DNA of 64,000 nt, taken from Smithellaceae bacterium. Its GTDB lineage: Bacteria > Desulfobacterota > Syntrophia > Syntrophales > Smithellaceae. The stretch covers positions 2,976,001 through 3,040,000 of the forward strand of contig CAXXVL010000002.1 of NCBI GenBank assembly GCA_963667845.2, written 5' to 3'. Shown here one piece after another: positions 18,766-29,957 of the stretch; the first letter of the stretch is position 1; every line of letters starts with the position of its first letter. A program made the position numbers and the translations under genes. The notes below the pieces were generated by a model. That model made no database searches, was not told the origin of the DNA, and saw nothing but the letters and a program-made list of their open reading frames with translations.

Positions 18766-20169
18766 ATGGGAGGTCTTTTTGGCGCAGTCACGCGGGATAG
18801 TTGTGTTCAGACGCTCTTCTATGGGACGGACTATCATTCGCATCTCGGAACTGAAAATGGCGGTATGGCCGTCTTTGGCGCTAAAGGATTTTATAATACG
18901 ATTCATGGCATATCACAGGCGCAATTTAAGTCGCGCTTCGTCGATGACTATAAAAAGATGGAGGGATATGCGGGCATCGGTTCAATAGATGATGAATCGC
19001 CGCAACCGTTGATTTTCCGCTCCAAGTTCGGCGTTTATGCAGTTGCGGCCACCGGGCTCATCACCAATAAAAATGAACTGGTCGGTGAGCTGCTCAATGA
19101 AGGAGCGTCCTTTACGGAGATGGCCGGAGGCGGCGTCAATAATGCGGAAATTGTCGCTTCCCTGATCAACCGCGGCGATAATATTGTCGAGGGGATTGCC
19201 TCGATGCGAGGCATTATCGAGGGATCTATTTGTGTTCTGGTCCTAACAGCGGAAGGCATTTATGCTGCCCGGGACAAGTTCGGACGTTTTCCCCTGGCGC
19301 TCGGTCAATCCAAGGATGCAGGCAGAAAGTCATATGTCGTGGCGACGGAAGCCAGTTCTTTCGAGAATCTTGGTTATGAATTGCATCGTTTTCTAGGGCC
19401 CGGGGAAATTGTGCTGCTGTCTGCGGATGGCGTCAAGCAGCTCAAACCGGAAGGAAACCGGAAAAAAATATGTTCCTTCTTATGGATCTACACAGGTTCT
19501 CCGTCATCGATTTATGACGGGATCAGTGTGGAGCGAACCCGGGAGCGCTGCGGCAGCTTTTTAGCCAAGCGGGATAATGTTGAGGCGGATTTTGTCGCCG
19601 GTGTTCCTGATTCCGGCGTGGGCCATGCGATCGGTTACGCGATGGAATCGGGGATCCCTTATCGGCGGCCTCTGGTCAAATACACACCCGGCTATGGACG
19701 TAGCTATACGCCGCCCACGCAGGAAATTCGTGACCTGGTGGCAACCATGAAACTCGTTGCCGTCAAGGATGTCATCAACGGCAACCGGATGATCGTTTGC
19801 GATGACTCGATCGTTCGCGGTACACAACTGAAAAATTTAACCGTGAAGAAATTGTGGGACAACGGGGCCAAGGAGATTCATATTCGACCCGCCTGTCCGC
19901 CTCTGATGTTTCCCTGCATTTACGCGTCGTCGACCAGATCAACTGCCGAACTGGCCTGCCGGAAAGCGATGCGTGCGCTGGAGGGAAAAGACATCGAAGA
20001 TCCGTCGGAGTATCTGGATACCGCATCGGTAAAGCATGTGAAAATGATCGATTGGATTCGTCGTGATTTAAATGTGACGTCTCTCAAATATATGACCATA
20101 GACGATATGATCGAGGCGATTACCTTGCCCCCGGAGCAGCTCTGCCTGCATTGCTGGCTGGGAAAATGA
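18766..20169 (+). CDS. purF: Amidophosphoribosyltransferase homologue lacking N-terminal Cys
   Basis: Ntn domain plus PRT domain (GVPDSG, DDSIVRGT), Fe-S Cys pattern (ICSF, PC, CLHC); starts MGGLFG. Confidence 0.85.
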   Translation: MGGLFGAVTRDSCVQTLFYGTDYHSHLGTENGGMAVFGAKGFYNTIHGISQAQFKSRFVDDYKKMEGYAGIGSIDDESPQPLIFRSKFGVYAVAATGLITNKNELVGELLNEGASFTEMAGGGVNNAEIVASLINRGDNIVEGIASMRGIIEGSICVLVLTAEGIYAARDKFGRFPLALGQSKDAGRKSYVVATEASSFENLGYELHRFLGPGEIVLLSADGVKQLKPEGNRKKICSFLWIYTGSPSSIYDGISVERTRERCGSFLAKRDNVEADFVAGVPDSGVGHAIGYAMESGIPYRRPLVKYTPGYGRSYTPPTQEIRDLVATMKLVAVKDVINGNRMIVCDDSIVRGTQLKNLTVKKLWDNGAKEIHIRPACPPLMFPCIYASSTRSTAELACRKAMRALEGKDIEDPSEYLDTASVKHVKMIDWIRRDLNVTSLKYMTIDDMIEAITLPPEQLCLHCWLGK

Positions 20170-20194
20170 TTTAAAACATCGGACCGGTTATTGG

Positions 20195-20258
20195 AAAGCG
20201 GCGGTTCCCTGTGACGTTCATTCATGAACGCATCGGTGACCGCTTTTTTTTATTTTTT
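20195..20258 (+). terminator. Intrinsic terminator after purF
   Basis: GCGGT...ACCGC outer stem with inner CGTTCA/TGAACG stem, followed by a long T run. Confidence 0.65.
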
Positions 20259-20368
20259 GGATGACTAAGATGCGGATTTTCATAAATTAGCCATTGCCCA
20301 GGATGCATTCACATGTTATAAAATTCCAAACGGTTTTAAAAAAGTGAATTATAGGACAATACGAAGTA

Positions 20369-21451
20369 ATGGAATACGCCCCGAAAGCGAGAAGAAAATC
20401 CAGATCCATTCATGTCGGGTCAGTCAAAATAGGAGGGAATGCACCCATTGCCGTTCAATCGATGACCAATACGGATACCCGTAATGTTGACGAAACGGTA
20501 AAGCAAATCCGTGTTCTTGAAGAAGCAGGCTGTGAAATCGCGCGGGTTGCCATTCCCGATCAGGAAGCCGTCGATGCGCTGCCGGCTATTAAGAAAGGCA
20601 TTCATGTTCCTCTGATCGCCGATATTCATTTTCACTATCAATTGGCCATTAACGCTATAAAGAATGGTGCGGACGGCATTCGGATCAACCCCGGCAATAT
20701 GGGCAAAGATAAGATTGCTGAGGTGGTGAAGGCAGCCAAGGAACGCGGCACAGTCATCCGCATTGGTGTCAACGCCGGTTCTCTTGAGAAGGACCTGGTT
20801 CTGGAGTATGGCGGCGTAAACGCGGAAGCGCTTTGCACCAGTGCCTTGCGCAACATCGAACTGTTTGAGGATTTGGGGTTTGATTTGATCAAACTGTCGC
20901 TCAAATCATCCGACGTGCCGATGATGATCGAGGCCTATCGCATGATTGCCGGACGGACGGACTACCCTCTGCACCTGGGCGTCACGGAGGCCGGGACTCT
21001 GGTCGATGCCGCCATCAAATCGTCGCTGGGCATCGGAACACTTCTTTATGACGGCATCGGTGACACCATCCGCGTTTCCGTTACGGGCGACCCTGTTTTG
21101 GAGCTGCCTGTCGCTTACGGTATTCTGCGGGCCTTGAAGATTCGTCAGGTCGGACCCGAAATCGTTTCGTGTCCGACCTGCGGCCGCTGCCAGATTGATC
21201 TGACCGGTCTGGTCTCTCGGGTTGAAAAGGAACTGGCCGGCAGAAAAGAATACATCAAAGTGGCGTTGATGGGGTGTGTGGTGAATGGACCGGGGGAAGC
21301 CGCAGACGCCGATATCGGTATAGCCGGCGGGCACGGCTTCGGGATGATGTTCAAAAAAGGTGTGGCGTATAAAAAAGTTGAGGAAAAAGATTTTGTCCGG
21401 GTTTTACTCGCGGAGATAAAATCACTGGATACTGAAATGAAGGAGGATTAA
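20369..21451 (+). CDS. ispG: (E)-4-hydroxy-3-methylbut-2-enyl-diphosphate synthase
   Basis: [43 protein letters not shown]. Confidence 0.97.
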   Translation: MEYAPKARRKSRSIHVGSVKIGGNAPIAVQSMTNTDTRNVDETVKQIRVLEEAGCEIARVAIPDQEAVDALPAIKKGIHVPLIADIHFHYQLAINAIKNGADGIRINPGNMGKDKIAEVVKAAKERGTVIRIGVNAGSLEKDLVLEYGGVNAEALCTSALRNIELFEDLGFDLIKLSLKSSDVPMMIEAYRMIAGRTDYPLHLGVTEAGTLVDAAIKSSLGIGTLLYDGIGDTIRVSVTGDPVLELPVAYGILRALKIRQVGPEIVSCPTCGRCQIDLTGLVSRVEKELAGRKEYIKVALMGCVVNGPGEAADADIGIAGGHGFGMMFKKGVAYKKVEEKDFVRVLLAEIKSLDTEMKED

Positions 21452-23175
21452 TGCGTTACTCGGAAATGCACCTGCCCACGGGAAGGGAAATCCCTTCCGA
21501 TGCAGAAGTTGTCAGCAATCAGCTTATGATTCGGGCGGGAATGATCAGAAAACTGACCAGCGGCATATATTCTTATCTGCCGCTGGGCTATCGTGTGATT
21601 CGAAAAGTGGAACAGATTGTCCGTGAGGAAATGAATAAAGCCGGAGCCCAGGAAGTTCATCTGCCGATGGTTCAGCCTGCGGAATTGTGGCAGGAGTCCG
21701 GGCGCTGGACGTATTATGGCAAAGAGCTGCTGAGGTTTCGTGACCGCAATGACCGAGACTATTGCCTGGGACCGACGCACGAAGAAGTCATTACGGATCT
21801 GGTTCGTCATGATGTTAAAACCTATCGCCAATTGCCCCTTAATCTTTATCAGATTCAGACAAAATTTCGCGATGAAGTGCGTCCCCGTTTCGGCGTGATG
21901 CGCTGCCGCGAGTTCGGCATGAAAGACGCTTACAGTTTCGATGCGGATGAAGCCGGCGCTGAAAAAAGCTACGAGAAAATGTTCGTCGCGTACAACAATA
22001 TCTTCCGGCGCTGCGGCCTCATGTTCCGTGCGGTGGAAGCGGATTCCGGAAGCATCGGCGGCAGCTTCTCGCATGAGTTCATGGTCATGGCGGAGTCAGG
22101 CGAAGATGCCGTCGTTTTCTGTGAAAAATGCAAGTATGCCGCCAATCTGGAAAAAGCAGAAATCGCCAGACCCCAAAAGGCTGCCGAGGCGGAAGCACAA
22201 TGGCTACCCCTGGAGAGCGTCGCGACACCGAATGTCCGCACCATTGAGGAAGTCAGCTCCTTCCTGAATGTCTCCCCTCGTCAGATTGTCAAGACATTGA
22301 TCTTCAACGCCGACGGCAAGCCCTGTGCCGTGGTGATCCGCGGTGATCAGGAAGTGAACGAGATCAAAGTGAAAAACTATCTGGGCGCGGCCGAGCTGGA
22401 ACTGGCGGATGACGACATGATTTTAAAGGCGACGGGGGCTCCGCGCGGGTTTGCCGGTGCGGTTGGTATTAAGACAAGATTGATCGCCGACTATTCGGTT
22501 ATGAATCTGGTCAATATCGTCACCGGCGCCAATCGGGAAGATTATCACTTGAAAAATGCCAACATCGGGCGCGATTTCGAGATAGAATCCTACGCGGATC
22601 TGCGTGTTGCCGAGCCCGGGGATGCTTGTCCACGCTGTGCAGGCAGCGTAAAATTCGTCCGCGGCATTGAAGTGGGCCATGTCTTTAAATTGGGAACCAA
22701 ATACAGCAAAGCGATGAAAGCCGTCTATCTCGATCGCGACGGCAAAGAAAAAACCATGATGATGGGCTGCTATGGCATCGGCATCGGCAGAACCGTTGCT
22801 GCCTGCATCGAGCAGAATTTCGATCAGAACGGCATCATCTGGCCAATGCCGCTAGCTCCCTATTCGGTCATTGTCACGCCGGTGAATATTAATGACGCCG
22901 ATGTGATGAAAGCTTCGGAAGAGATTTACGCCCAACTGCTCGCGTGCGGTGTGGAAGTCATACTCGATGACCGTGATGAACGGGCGGGTGTGAAATTTAA
23001 AGACGCCGACCTGATCGGCATTCCGTTGAGAATCGTTGTAGGTCCCAAGAATCTGGCCAAGGGCCAGGTTGAGTTGAAAATCCGCAGAAGCGGCGAGAGC
23101 AGGCTTTATGCAACCCCAGACGTTGTTTCTGAAGTTCAGGGGATCATCGCCGCCGAATTGAAAGAGGCCAGCTAA
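21451..23175 (+). CDS. proS: Proline--tRNA ligase (with insertion editing domain)
   Basis: [38 protein letters not shown]. Confidence 0.97.
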   Translation: MRYSEMHLPTGREIPSDAEVVSNQLMIRAGMIRKLTSGIYSYLPLGYRVIRKVEQIVREEMNKAGAQEVHLPMVQPAELWQESGRWTYYGKELLRFRDRNDRDYCLGPTHEEVITDLVRHDVKTYRQLPLNLYQIQTKFRDEVRPRFGVMRCREFGMKDAYSFDADEAGAEKSYEKMFVAYNNIFRRCGLMFRAVEADSGSIGGSFSHEFMVMAESGEDAVVFCEKCKYAANLEKAEIARPQKAAEAEAQWLPLESVATPNVRTIEEVSSFLNVSPRQIVKTLIFNADGKPCAVVIRGDQEVNEIKVKNYLGAAELELADDDMILKATGAPRGFAGAVGIKTRLIADYSVMNLVNIVTGANREDYHLKNANIGRDFEIESYADLRVAEPGDACPRCAGSVKFVRGIEVGHVFKLGTKYSKAMKAVYLDRDGKEKTMMMGCYGIGIGRTVAACIEQNFDQNGIIWPMPLAPYSVIVTPVNINDADVMKASEEIYAQLLACGVEVILDDRDERAGVKFKDADLIGIPLRIVVGPKNLAKGQVELKIRRSGESRLYATPDVVSEVQGIIAAELKEAS

Positions 23176-23202
23176 CGACCGCGCTTTAGACTGGAAATCT
23201 TC

Positions 23203-25350
23203 ATGTTAAGAATAAATGATATTCTTGATAAAGCTCAAGCCTATCTGGCGCCTGACGAGCTGGAGATGATTCAGAAGGCCTACATTTATTCGGCCACCGT
23301 GCATCAGGGGCAGGTGCGTCTGTCCGGAGAGCCTTATCTCACGCACCCCATGGAAGTTGCCGGCATCCTCGTCGATATGAAGATGGATTCTGCGACGATC
23401 ATCAGCGGGTTACTGCACGACACCATCGAAGACACCCTGACCACCAAAGAACAAATCGAGCGGGAATTCGGTAAGGATGTCGCTTTTCTGGTGAACGGTC
23501 TGACCAAGTTGAGCCGCATTTCTTTCGGCTCGCAGGAGGAAAGGCAGGCCGAAAATTTCCGGAAGATGATTCTGGCCATGTCCGCCGACATCCGCATTCT
23601 CCTCGTCCGTTTGGCCGACCGCATTCACAATATGAGAACCCTTCAATATCAGACACCGGATCGAAGGATTTATATCGCCCGCGAAACCATGGATGTCTAT
23701 GCGCCGCTCGCCAATCGTCTGGGAATCAACTGGATGAAAATGGAGCTCGAAGACCTGGCCTTTAAGTACATTTCGCCGGACGCCTATAAAGAGATCGCCA
23801 CTCGCGTCTCCAAATCCCAGGAGTCGCGGAACCGCTATACGGAAGAAGTCAAAAATATTATTTTCACGGAACTCGAAAAAGTGTCTGTTAAAGGCTACGT
23901 GGAGGGCAGGGCAAAGCATCTTTACGGCATTTATAAAAAAATGCATGAGCAGCATATTAATTTTGACGAAGTTTATGATGTCATCGCCTTCCGCATCATT
24001 CTCGATTCGGACGTCGATAAAACCTGCTATGAAGCGCTGAGCATCGTCCACGCGATCTGGAAACCTGTACCGGGCCGGTTCAAAGATTATATCGCCATGC
24101 CCAAGGCCAACAATTATCAGTCGCTGCACACCGCCGTGATCGGTCCTTACGGGGAACGGGTCGAAATCCAGATTCGCAGCCGGGCGATGCATGAATGGGC
24201 GGAAAAGGGCATTGCCGCCCACTGGCGCTATAAAGAAGGGCGGGCATTTCAGGACAATGAAGAGAACCAGATCAAAAAGCTCCGTGAGGTCCTCGAAATT
24301 CAGCAGGACATCAAGAATCCGAAGGAATTCATGTCCAACCTGAAATTGGCGCTGTTTCCGGAAGAGGTTTACGTCTTTACGCCGCACGGCGACGTCAAGT
24401 CTTTTCCCAAGGGAGCAACCCCGATTGATTTTGCTTACAGCATCCATACCGATGTCGGTAATCAATGTATCGGGGCCAAGGTGAACCGCAATATCGTGCC
24501 GCTGCGGTATCAACTGCAAAACGGCGACCAGATCGACATTATCACGCAGACCGGTCATCATCCGAGCAAAGACTGGTTGAAGTACGTGGTGACTTCAAGG
24601 GCAATTTCCAAAATCCGCAACTGGATCAATCTGGAGGAAAAAAACAGTTCCCTGGTGCTGGGCAAAGATTTGCTGGAAAAAGAGTTCAAGCGCAATAACC
24701 TGAAATTCGGCAATTTTATCAAGTCCGATGAGTTTAAAAAAATCCTGACGGAGCATTCGTTGCAGACGCTCGATGATTTGATTTCGCAGGTCGGTTACGG
24801 CCGCATTTCGCCCAGACAGGTGGTAAATCATTTTCTGGCTCAGGAGGCGCCGAAAGAACCGGAGAAACTTCCGGAGAAGGATAAGGCGAAGAAGAAATCC
24901 GACTCGCCGTCTCTGGGAATCAGCTTGACCGGGATCGACGATGTCATGGTGAAGTTTGCCAGGTGCTGTAATCCGATTCCGGGCGACGAGATATCCGGTT
25001 ATATTTCGCGGGGACGCGGCATTACGGTGCATACGCAGAATTGTCCGCATCTGAAGCGCCTCGACGCCGAAAGGATTGTGGAAGTCAATTGGGACGTGCG
25101 GCAGAAGCATGCCTATCCCGTGAATATCAAGGTTGTCTGTAATGACCAGAAAGGCGTTTTGACGGAAGTGAGCTCGGTGATCACCTCCTTTGACGTCAAC
25201 ATCAGCTTTGCTCAGGTCGAAACCACCGATATGATCGCCAACTGTTTATTCGTTATTGATGTTTATGACATCCAGCAGCTCAACGCCATCTTTTCAGCCA
25301 TTCGGCAATTGAAAATCGTCCGTTCCATTGAAAGGATTCGCAAAGCCTGA
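23203..25350 (+). CDS. rel: Bifunctional (p)ppGpp synthetase/hydrolase (long RSH)
   Basis: HD hydrolase (THP, LHDTIED), synthetase (RFKDY, YQSLHT, EIQIR), TGS, CC and ACT domains. Confidence 0.95.
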   Translation: MLRINDILDKAQAYLAPDELEMIQKAYIYSATVHQGQVRLSGEPYLTHPMEVAGILVDMKMDSATIISGLLHDTIEDTLTTKEQIEREFGKDVAFLVNGLTKLSRISFGSQEERQAENFRKMILAMSADIRILLVRLADRIHNMRTLQYQTPDRRIYIARETMDVYAPLANRLGINWMKMELEDLAFKYISPDAYKEIATRVSKSQESRNRYTEEVKNIIFTELEKVSVKGYVEGRAKHLYGIYKKMHEQHINFDEVYDVIAFRIILDSDVDKTCYEALSIVHAIWKPVPGRFKDYIAMPKANNYQSLHTAVIGPYGERVEIQIRSRAMHEWAEKGIAAHWRYKEGRAFQDNEENQIKKLREVLEIQQDIKNPKEFMSNLKLALFPEEVYVFTPHGDVKSFPKGATPIDFAYSIHTDVGNQCIGAKVNRNIVPLRYQLQNGDQIDIITQTGHHPSKDWLKYVVTSRAISKIRNWINLEEKNSSLVLGKDLLEKEFKRNNLKFGNFIKSDEFKKILTEHSLQTLDDLISQVGYGRISPRQVVNHFLAQEAPKEPEKLPEKDKAKKKSDSPSLGISLTGIDDVMVKFARCCNPIPGDEISGYISRGRGITVHTQNCPHLKRLDAERIVEVNWDVRQKHAYPVNIKVVCNDQKGVLTEVSSVITSFDVNISFAQVETTDMIANCLFVIDVYDIQQLNAIFSAIRQLKIVRSIERIRKA

Positions 25351-25448
25351 AAATAGTGAGAAGTTCCATTTGAATGTTGACAAACCTATCCACTCTGCTA
25401 TAAGCAGGCGCAACTTACACAAAATCGAGAGATAGGCATAATCAATAG

Positions 25449-26138
25449 GTGAAGATCATGTTTCAAAAAGAGCTCAAATATGCGGTCATCTTTATTTCCG
25501 TCCTGATGCTGTGTCTTCCGGGATTCCTGAGTCATGCCCAGACGGCAAAGCATGTTGTTGTCATCGATGCGGCACACGGCGGTGAGGATTCCGGCGTTAT
25601 CGGCATCGACAAAGCTGCTGAAAAGGATGTAACGCTGGCGATCGCTCTGGCACTGCAGAAGGAATTATCGAAAGAGAGCAATCTGGATGTGATTCTGACC
25701 CGGACGTCGGACAAGACGATTTCTCTGGATGAACGTAAGAAGATGATACTGAAAATAAACCCGGTGCTGGTTTTAAGTTTGCACGCCAATGCCGGTTTCG
25801 GCAAAGCATCGTCCGGCTTCGAACTATATTATCCCGGTTTCAAAGGCGTTCCGGCACCGGCGAAGAGTGCCAAAGCCGTAAACGCTGAAAATCAATATCT
25901 CGGTGACAGTGTGAAACTTGCGAGGCTGGTGCAGAAAAATCTCGATGTCCTCTTTCCGCGCAAGGGGAGGGGATTGAGAGAAGCGACGGTGCCGCTGGCC
26001 GAGGGATTATCCCTGCCTGTACTGACCGTCGAACTTGGCTTTATGACCAATCCGGACGAGAAGAAGAAGTTGACGTCCGGAAAAACACAAATAGAAATTG
26101 CCAAAGCTCTGGCGAAGAGCATCAAGTCCTTCTTTTAG
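25449..26138 (+). CDS. N-acetylmuramoyl-L-alanine amidase (Amidase_3)
   Basis: Signal peptide; [23 protein letters not shown] catalytic residues. Confidence 0.9.
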   Translation: MKIMFQKELKYAVIFISVLMLCLPGFLSHAQTAKHVVVIDAAHGGEDSGVIGIDKAAEKDVTLAIALALQKELSKESNLDVILTRTSDKTISLDERKKMILKINPVLVLSLHANAGFGKASSGFELYYPGFKGVPAPAKSAKAVNAENQYLGDSVKLARLVQKNLDVLFPRKGRGLREATVPLAEGLSLPVLTVELGFMTNPDEKKKLTSGKTQIEIAKALAKSIKSFF

Positions 26139-26145
26139 GAGTCCC

Positions 26146-26877
26146 GTGTTCAAAAGAAATAGTGATCGGAAATTTGATGAGCTGCGGGAGATCCGCATCA
26201 GCAACCGGTATCTACGGAATGTTCCGGGATCGGTGATGGTTGAATTCGGCAACACCAAAGTTCTCTGCGCAGCATCCCTGGAAGAAAAGACGGCGTCTTT
26301 TTTGAAGAACACCGGTAAAGGCTGGCTCACTGCGGAGTACTCCATGCTGCCCATGTCGACTGAGACGCGATCGGCGCGTGAATCCGTACGCGGCAAACTG
26401 GGCGGCAGGACTCATGAGATTCAAAGACTGATCGGCCGGTCGCTCCGGGCGGTAACCGACTTAACCGCTTTCGGCGAGCGAACGATTTTTATCGACTGTG
26501 ATGTCCTTCAGGCGGACGGCGGTACTAGAACCGCATCGATCACCGGCGCCTTTGTGGCCTTGGTGGATTTATTCAAAGATATGAAACAGCGGGGACTGGT
26601 CAAAGAGATTCCGGTCACGGACTTTGTCTCGGCGGTCAGCGTCGGGATCGTCGAGAATGAGGTGCTCCTGGATCTGGAATATGAAGAAGACTCCCGTGCG
26701 GAAGTCGACATGAATTTTGTCATGACCGGCACCGGCCTGTTTATTGAAGTACAGGGTACGGCCGAGCATGCTCCCTTCAGCAGGGATCAACTGGATGCCA
26801 TGACATCCCTGGCGGGACGAGGCATAGAGCGGATCACAGCCTGCCAGAAGAATGTTGTGGGTGATCTGCGGCAATGA
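26146..26877 (+). CDS. rph: Ribonuclease PH
   Basis: [41 protein letters not shown] start at 26146 after AGGAG. Confidence 0.96.
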   Translation: MFKRNSDRKFDELREIRISNRYLRNVPGSVMVEFGNTKVLCAASLEEKTASFLKNTGKGWLTAEYSMLPMSTETRSARESVRGKLGGRTHEIQRLIGRSLRAVTDLTAFGERTIFIDCDVLQADGGTRTASITGAFVALVDLFKDMKQRGLVKEIPVTDFVSAVSVGIVENEVLLDLEYEEDSRAEVDMNFVMTGTGLFIEVQGTAEHAPFSRDQLDAMTSLAGRGIERITACQKNVVGDLRQ

Positions 26878-27473
26878 GAATCGTTTTCGCAACCAGAAAC
26901 GAGGGCAAGGTCAGAGAAATAACTGAAATGCTTGGCCGCACTGATGTGGAATTGGTCTCCCTGAATCACTTTGCAGCGCTTCCGGAAATCGTGGAGGATG
27001 GTAAAACGTATCTGGAAAATGCATTGAAAAAAGCCAGAACGGTATCTGAATACACCGGTGAGACGGTCCTGGCGGATGATTCCGGCCTGCAAGTGGATGC
27101 GTTGGGCGGGGAGCCGGGTGTCTACTCGGCCCGGTACGCCGGCGAAACAGCATCAGATGAAGAAAATAACGCCAAACTCCTTGCCAAATTGAAGGATGTG
27201 CCGGAAGAAAAAAGAACGGCCTCTTTCTTTTGCGCATTGGTGCTTTACCATCCGGACGGCCGGTATCAGGCATTTGAGGCCCAGTGGCAGGGCCGGATCA
27301 TTGACGAACGGCGAGGAAATAACGGATTCGGCTATGATCCGATTTTTCTTTGGCCGCAATTGGATAAAACCGCAGCGGAGTTGCCGCCCGAAATAAAAAA
27401 CAAAGTCAGCCACCGCGGACAGGCTTTTGCGAAACTGAAAAGCCATCTGGTTAAAGATATGAAAACAAAGTAA
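26874..27473 (+). CDS. rdgB: dITP/XTP pyrophosphatase (HAM1 family)
   Basis: [25 protein letters not shown]. Confidence 0.95.
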   Translation: MRIVFATRNEGKVREITEMLGRTDVELVSLNHFAALPEIVEDGKTYLENALKKARTVSEYTGETVLADDSGLQVDALGGEPGVYSARYAGETASDEENNAKLLAKLKDVPEEKRTASFFCALVLYHPDGRYQAFEAQWQGRIIDERRGNNGFGYDPIFLWPQLDKTAAELPPEIKNKVSHRGQAFAKLKSHLVKDMKTK

Positions 27474-27475
27474 GT

Positions 27476-27552
<77 letters not shown>

Positions 27553-27565
27553 GTTCCTTCAAACA

Positions 27566-27607
27566 CAAATGATGCTTTTGGGGATGACTCGTCCAGGGTG
27601 TCATTTG
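27566..27607 (+). terminator. Hairpin downstream of tRNA-Pro
   Basis: CAAATGATGC...GTGTCATTTG stem with G-U pairs; no clear U tract. Confidence 0.4.
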
Positions 27608-27854
27608 CAGAGCGTCTATCCGACATCCCGAATTCTGCCACCTGATCTGATTAAAAAACCAATAGCCGCATAAGATGCACCAAAGAAGGCAATGTACTTC
27701 TTTCTGTTAGGTCAATTCATTTCTCTTCGTAAGCCTCCAAATTGAATCTACTACGTTCAAAAGGTGAGAGTTCATATCTCGCAATATGGATAGCTATTCG
27801 ATAAAATAAAATTAATGACGATTGTAATATATTGATATAATTAATAAAGAAAAT

Positions 27855-27926
27855 TATTTCATGAAATATGAAATATTAATCATGAAATTAATTGACAAAA
27901 TAATTTCATTTCTTTAAAATGCTACC
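27855..27926 (+). promoter_or_regulatory. Sigma70 promoter and probable operator array for the GntR operon
   Basis: TTGACA 27892-97, 17 bp, TAAAAT 27915-20; palindrome TATTTCATGAAATA 27855-68; inverted repeat ATGAAATTA/TAATTTCAT flanking the -35. Confidence 0.7.
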
Positions 27927-28613
27927 ATGATGATTAAAGTAAGCAAAGAGCGATTAAGCAACCAGGTTTATACGATCCTCAAAGGAATGATAGCGGACCA
28001 CCGTTTCAATCCCGGCACACGCGTCAACGTTGAGCAGCTGGCGAAAGAAGTGGGAGCGAGCAGAACACCTGTTTGGGAGGCGGTGCATCGCCTCGTTCAG
28101 GAGGGCCTTCTGGAGAATATTCCGAACCGCGGTGTTTTCATGTGCGCACTGACGCCCGGTCAGGCTATTGAACTCTATACCGTCAGAGAATCACTGGAAG
28201 CGCTGGCGGCGCGTCTGGCGATTCAGAATATGGACGAAAAGACCATCAGCAAGATGAAGAAATGTCTTGAGGATCAATATGAAGTTGTCCGGAAAGAGGA
28301 TTTAGTGACTTACTCCCGGCTGGATTACGATTTTCACGCGATGGTCTATGAAGCAAGCGGTAATCGTACCCTGCAGGAAATGCTGGAGGCCATTAAAAAT
28401 AAAATGCGGCCCATTGCCATGCACATTACTCCCATCCTTTCGAGTTTGTATCACGATCACGTGGAGATTCTGGAGTCCTTCCAGGAAAAAAATGCGGATA
28501 AGGCGGAAGCAGCATTTCGAAAGCACAACCATCAAATGATCGTTCAGATTCAAGCCAGCATGAAGACTGATGAATGGAAGGAGGCGCCGACAAAAGGCGC
28601 AAACTTAACATGA
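27927..28613 (+). CDS. GntR family transcriptional regulator (FCD domain)
   Basis: wHTH (LAKEVGASRTPVWEAV..L..EGL) plus FCD (R..LE, DYDFH, SGN, H..I, H). Confidence 0.93.
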   Translation: MMIKVSKERLSNQVYTILKGMIADHRFNPGTRVNVEQLAKEVGASRTPVWEAVHRLVQEGLLENIPNRGVFMCALTPGQAIELYTVRESLEALAARLAIQNMDEKTISKMKKCLEDQYEVVRKEDLVTYSRLDYDFHAMVYEASGNRTLQEMLEAIKNKMRPIAMHITPILSSLYHDHVEILESFQEKNADKAEAAFRKHNHQMIVQIQASMKTDEWKEAPTKGANLT

Positions 28614-28647
28614 GGATAAAAGCAATATAACTTAAAGGAGGTAGACC

Positions 28648-29907
28648 ATGTACAAGAAAATCACGTTGCTCGCCATAGCCCTTGCGGTATTTTCAATTTC
28701 CGCAGGAACGCTTTTGGTAACGAGCGCACAGGCGGCCCCGCCGGAAAAAATTAAAGTTGGGCTTATGTTCGGATTGACCGGAGCCGCATCCCCCATCGGA
28801 CCGGTTCAGCTGGACGGCGCCAAATTAGCGATTAAGGAGATCAATGCCGCAGGTGGTGTGAAGTTAGGCGCCAAAAGGGTCCCGATTGAAGTCTTTGTGA
28901 AGGACGATGAATCGAAACCGGATATTGCCATTCGCCGGTACCGGGAAATGGTGGACGAAAATAAAGTCAATGTGATCGTTGGCCAGACTTTCGCTCCCAT
29001 TTCGGCCGCACTCAATAAAGAAATAAAAAAGAGCAATGTTGCCTATTTCCCCGTCAATGTTGTGGCGATCAATATGTTCGACAAGAATGAAATGGCCGAG
29101 ACCACTTTTTCCATTCACGGATGCGCCTATTCTATCGGCTATGCCGGAGCCTCCTACATCGTCGATAAACTGGGTTACAAGAATATCGTTTTCTTCGGAC
29201 CGGCTTATGCTTTCGGTCGCGATCAGTGGGCAGGCGCCAAAGCGGCGTTTGAAAAGAGGGGCGTCAAGGTTGAATATGTGGAATCACCGGTGGGAACCAG
29301 TGATTACACATCCTACCTGACAAAAATCAAAGAGAAAAAACCGCAGATCGTCATGCTGGCCCACTGGGGCGTCGATGCGATTAACGTCTTGAAGCAGACC
29401 TATGAAATCGGCCTGAAAAAAACCTCCAAAATCTGGTTTGACTGGATGACGAATTCCTTCGGCAGCGGCGTGCCGCCGGAAGCCCTGGAAGGCGTTTATT
29501 CGCTGATGTCCTGGTACTACGATATGAAGGGTTTTCAGGATGCGGCCATCGTCAAGGCCTCTGATGCGTTTGCCAAGAAATTTCGCGAAGAATACAAATA
29601 TCCGCCTGATCCTTACTCTGCGATGGCTTACGAAGGCGTCATGGAAGCCGTTCGAGCGATGGAACTTGCCCAGTCTGTCGACGGGAAAGCCATGGCGAAA
29701 GCCTTGATGGCCAATCCGAAATTCAATTCCATGAAAGGCCAGGGCGTCTGGAGAGCCGACCATCAGCCTGTTTTCAAATACGGGGCTTATGTGGTCATCG
29801 GGAAGGGCGCCAATGAACGGAAAGATAAAAAGTGGGATCTGGTCAGGATCATCGGCGCCTATACGGGCGAAGATTATCTCCCGACCTTGTCCTCTCTGGG
29901 ATATTAA
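28648..29907 (+). CDS. ABC transporter substrate-binding protein (branched-chain/HAAT type)
   Basis: Signal peptide, IKVGLMFGLTG, EINAAGG, DDESKP, DYTSYL; AAGGAGG RBS. Confidence 0.9.
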   Translation: MYKKITLLAIALAVFSISAGTLLVTSAQAAPPEKIKVGLMFGLTGAASPIGPVQLDGAKLAIKEINAAGGVKLGAKRVPIEVFVKDDESKPDIAIRRYREMVDENKVNVIVGQTFAPISAALNKEIKKSNVAYFPVNVVAINMFDKNEMAETTFSIHGCAYSIGYAGASYIVDKLGYKNIVFFGPAYAFGRDQWAGAKAAFEKRGVKVEYVESPVGTSDYTSYLTKIKEKKPQIVMLAHWGVDAINVLKQTYEIGLKKTSKIWFDWMTNSFGSGVPPEALEGVYSLMSWYYDMKGFQDAAIVKASDAFAKKFREEYKYPPDPYSAMAYEGVMEAVRAMELAQSVDGKAMAKALMANPKFNSMKGQGVWRADHQPVFKYGAYVVIGKGANERKDKKWDLVRIIGAYTGEDYLPTLSSLGY

Positions 29908-29919
29908 GTGCCGGCCAAA

Positions 29920-29942
29920 GAGGGGCGGAAATTCCGCCCCTC
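29920..29942 (+). other. Intercistronic hairpin after the SBP gene
   Basis: GAGGGGCGGAA-A-TTCCGCCCCTC perfect inverted repeat, no U tract. Confidence 0.7.
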
Positions 29943-29957
29943 CAACTGTGGTGAGAT

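Noticed and set aside
23410..24561. Long antisense ORFs (383 aa opposite rel; also 6265-7092, 21448-22074, 36233-37258, 39504-40238, 62496-63431)
   Set aside because: Shadow frames of well-conserved genes, without motifs or RBS
27615..27745. Minus-strand ATG-AAT-TGA frame continuing ~30 codons (selenoprotein or pseudogene?)
   Set aside because: No recognisable SECIS or homology; too short to support
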